This document shows, one piece after another, positions 32,855-36,427 of a stretch of DNA of 36,427 nucleotides. This DNA is from Chiloscyllium plagiosum. Taxonomy: Eukaryota. The notes beneath the pieces were generated by a model. The model was not told the DNA's origin, did no database searches, and was given only the letters and a program-made list of their open reading frames with translations. The number at the start of each line of letters is the position of its first letter. Position 1 is the stretch's first letter. A program made the position numbers and the translations under genes. The stretch is from assembly GCF_004010195.1 (NCBI RefSeq), contig NC_057751.1:699836-736262 (forward strand), read 5' to 3'.

Positions 32855-34420
32855 ACACAAGCAGGAGGCTGGAAGAACACAGCAAGCCAGGCAGGTTCAG
32901 GAGGTTGAGAAATCAACGTTTTGACTGTAACCCTTCTTCAGGACTCGGGGTGGGAGTAAGGGGAACTGCAGATAAAGGGGGGGAGGGGGTTTAGAACATA
33001 GAACATAGAAAAGTACAGCACAGAACAGGCCCTTTGGCCCACGATGTTGTGCCGAGGTTTAATCACAATGTAAAATCTAGTAACTTAACCTACGTACCCC
33101 TCAACTCACTGCTATCCATGTGCATGTCCAGCAGTCGCTTAAATGTCCCCAATGACTCTGCTTCCACCACCACAGCTGGCAACACATTCCATGAATTCAC
33201 AACTCCCTGCATAAAGAACCTACCTCTGACGTCTCCTTTATACCTTCCTCCTAATATCTTCAAACTATGATTCCACTACTAGTCAATTCTGCCCTGGGGA
33301 AAAGTGTCTGGCTAATTGACTATCTATTCCTCTCATTATTTTGTACACCTCGATCAGGTCTCCTCCCTTCCTCCTTCTCTCCAGAGAGAAAGTCCGAGCT
33401 TATTCAACCTTTCTTCATAAGGCAAGCCCCCCAGTCCAGGCAGCATCCTGGTAAACCTTCTTTGCACCCTCTCCAAAAGCTCAGTATCTTTCCTATAGTA
33501 GGGCAACCAGAACTGGACACAATATTCCAAGTGTGGTCTCACCAGGGACTTGTAGAGCTGCAGCAAAATCTCGGGGCTCTTAAACTCAATCCCCCTGTTA
33601 ATGAAAACTAAAACATCATGTGCTTTCTTAACAACCCTGTCCAGTTGTTTCTCCACTTTGAAGGATCTATGTACTTGAACATCAAGATCCCTCTGTTCCT
33701 CCACACTACCAAGAATCCTGTCTTTAATCCTATATTCAGTATTCGAGTTTGACGTTCCAAAATGCATTTATCCAGGCTGAACTCCATCTGCCATTTCTCA
33801 GCCCAGCTCTGCATCCTGTCTATGTCGCGCTGCAGCCTGCATTAGCCCTCTATACTATCGACGACACCTCCAACCTTTGTGTCATCTGCAAATTTACTAA
33901 CCCACCCCTCAATCTCCTCATCCAAGTCATTTATAAAAACTACAAAGAGCAGAGGCCCAAGTACAGAGCCCTGCGGGTCACCACTCACCACAGACCAGCC
34001 AGCCAATTCTGAATCCAGGTAGCCAACTCTCCCTGCATCTCATATTTCCTGACTTTATGAATGAGCCTACTAGGTTCAGGTGGGCAGAGGGGCGGAGTGG
34101 TGAGGTAAGGATAGGTAAACACAGGTAGAGTGTACGGCCTGATTGGTCAATGGGAGGAATGAATCCGGTTGGTGGCTGGAAGGAAGGATCTATGAGAGGA
34201 ATGAGGGAGGGGAAGAGGCTGGGAAGGGAGTCGGGGGATGGGAAGAGAGGTTATTTGAGTCCTACGGGGTGTAGGCTGTCCAGGCAGAAGATGAGGTGTT
34301 GTTCCTCCAATTCGCAATGTGGTGCATTGTGGCAATGGAGGAGGGCAACGATGGTCATGTCGGAGGAGTGGGAAGGGAAATTAAAATGGGCGGTGACTGG
34401 GAGGTCCAGTTGGCACTCCA
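32855..34420 (-). mobile_element. Penelope-like element 3' end split by a CR1 insertion (32992-34070)
   Basis: Minus ORF LPVTAHFNFPSHSSDMTIVALLHCHNAPHCELEEQHLIFCLDSLHPVGL is a GIY-YIG C-terminus. pLTR with a degenerate hammerhead at 32911-32945. Confidence 0.8.
32992..34070 (-). mobile_element. CR1 LINE, ~1.1 kb 3' portion
   Basis: Minus ORFs QSWAEKWQMEF and MHFG...EEQRDL...[17 protein letters not shown]...LERVQRRFTRMLPGL...YEERL. Tail (TTCTATG)n reads tagaacatagaacataga on the + strand. Confidence 0.95.
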
Positions 34421-34896
34421 TCTGAGTGCCCATGGCCACCTCCGGGATTTGGATCAAATTCTGTCAGGAAATGTTTCCGTGAAGCACAGCAGCATTTTCT
34501 TCCATCTTGTAGACATTACTTAAATGCAAGTTGTTGTTGGATCAAATAAAGGGTGAGGATGCAGGACAATTGGATCACTCATGCAGATAATGAGTCAAAT
34601 GATCTCCTTCTGGGTGTGTAATATTCTCAGCATACCACACCAAATTACCAGCCAAGATAAACACAGGAAGACAGGAAGGAGTACACAAGAATCCAGTGCC
34701 ACAATCTTATTCTCTTCTACCCAATAAGCTTACATATCAAACTGCTAAAAGAGGCATTTGGCCACCTTGGCTACATTTTTATGCAACCGAATATTGTCGC
34801 TTATTTTTCTCTCCACATCCGTACCACTGGTTCACAAAGATGGTGAGTGTTAGCAGCTAAGTTCTCTAAAGGTAGGACACAATCCAGTGACTATAC

Positions 34897-34927
34897 CTCA
34901 ATGCCAAAGCTCATCTCCCTTCGTAAT
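34897..34927 (-). CDS. Candidate 31-nt internal exon (x-LRREMSFGIE) of the - strand gene
   Basis: Minus acceptor cttatctctatgttcAG and donor GAG|GTATAG. The only open frame is phase 2 to 0, which joins in frame to 28596. Confidence 0.35.
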
Positions 34928-36107
34928 CTGAACATAGAGATAAGCGACATTTTATTCTTCCGATGTTGCATTTTTATTTACAGGATTGAAACAATGCTAA
35001 ATAGAGAGAAGGTGAAATTGGATTCCACTGGCATGTTCCACTGGTGCCCACCAAAGGGCATCAATCAAGTCACACTGGTGGGTAATCGGATTTGCACTGC
35101 TGTTATCAAAAGAGCTGTAATATCAGTTTCTGTATCCTCTCTCAGTGTCTCCCACGGGTTTGGCTTCAATGCCAGGTGCTTGGGTCCTCCACCACAGTTC
35201 CAATCAAAAGATCTGTCAGAATCACTGCTCCATTAAGTTCCTGGCATGACATATGATCTTGGAACACAATCTCCTTGTGAAATGATAATCCCTGCCCCAA
35301 TGGTAGGGATTTGTACAGAATTTACAGCACCAAAATCAGTCAGATGGTCCAAGTGTTCTGTGCCAGTTTTTATACTCCATATCCTGTCACCAACTTTCCT
35401 TAGCTCCCTCTATGTTTATACAACTTGCTTTTAAATGCTATTCACCTCAACCACTCCCTGTGGTCAGGAGTTCCACATTCTTACCACTTAGTGGATTTCT
35501 TTGCACCTAACATATTTTTCTAGCCTCTGGTTTTGGACTTGCCCACAAATTGAAACTTTTTTATGACTGAATAATGTCACATCAGGAAAGATTTGATCTC
35601 TGCTTGTTCTAGACTGTTCCATATAGCCTTCACTATTTTTGACAACACTATCCCAATTCACATAAAAACCATGTAATTCCTTCCATGTAGAGAAGCAAAC
35701 GGATGAAAAACCTGGCCAATTTTGTCAATTCCTCTGCAACTCATCAAGGTGATGGGACTAATGCAGCTAACCACTGTGACAATGGGCCCCCAGTAATACC
35801 TATCCACTTATTAAAAAAAAGTGACTTCCAGCCGAGCCAGAAACAGCTGCTTTTGCATCTGTACGAATTCGGTGAATCGGTGTCCAGCACAGTAGCTTGG
35901 TTCAAAGGTTCATGGTGCTTGAGAAAAGAATGGCAACAGCACTGAAGGAGGCTATTTTACCCAATGAGCCCATATTGCCTTAGTGACTGTGGTTTTAACC
36001 CATTGTTCCTGCCTGACCCCATTAGCCTTGAACTGAAGCGTTTGAAAATGTAATTACACAACATCTACCGCACTTCCCTCATCAACTATTTTGGAACTCC
36101 TTCAAAA

Positions 36108-36427
36108 AGCATAGAACATAGAACAATACAGCACAGAACAGGCCCTTCGGCCCACGATGTTGTGCCAAACATTTGTCCTAGCTTAAGCACCTATCCATGT
36201 ACCTATCCAATTGCCGCTTAAAGGTCACCAATGATTCTGACTCTGCCACTCCCACAGGCAGCGCATTCCATGCCCCCACCACTCTCTGGGTAAAGAACCT
36301 ACCCCTGACATCCCCCCTATACCTTCCACCCTTCACCTTAAATATATGTCCCCTTGTAACACTCTGTTGTACCCGGGGAAAAAAGTTTCTGACTGTCTAC
36401 TCTATCTAGTCCTCTGATCATCTTATA
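36108..36427 (-). mobile_element. CR1 LINE 3' end (continues beyond the window)
   Basis: catagaacatagaacaatacagcacagaacaggcccttcggccc is the reversed tail. Reversed FFTQRVVGAWNALP and TRVQQ..TRGH motifs. Confidence 0.92.

Overview
This is eukaryotic genomic DNA, almost certainly from a shark or ray: it carries HE1-type V-SINEs, CR1/HER1-type LINEs and Deu-domain SINEs. Most of the window is nested, decayed retroelements: CR1, a second CR1/L2-group LINE with its partner SINE, RTE, Tx1, Penelope-like elements (PLEs), solo-LTR-like repeats and SINE-derived minisatellites. Nearly all ORFs in the supplied track are TE remnants or noise. Reading splice signals by hand suggests the 3' ends of two convergent host genes, neither of which I can name. 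The + gene has phase-compatible exons at 2126-2202, 3820-3867, 6428-6512 and probably 7674-7737. The - gene has exons at 34927-34897 and 28596-28369. The most unusual structures are PLE-derived. Four sequence-distinct minimal hammerhead ribozyme motifs occur in the window. One TSD-flanked composite insertion has two inverted 209-bp PLE arms enclosing two non-contiguous CR1 ORF2 pieces. Another is a TSD-flanked near-perfect palindrome of hammerhead-bearing PLE ends. TE boundaries are read by eye and are approximate unless a TSD or tail fixes them. There are no prokaryotic features (CRISPR, operons, rRNA) and no true tRNA genes.
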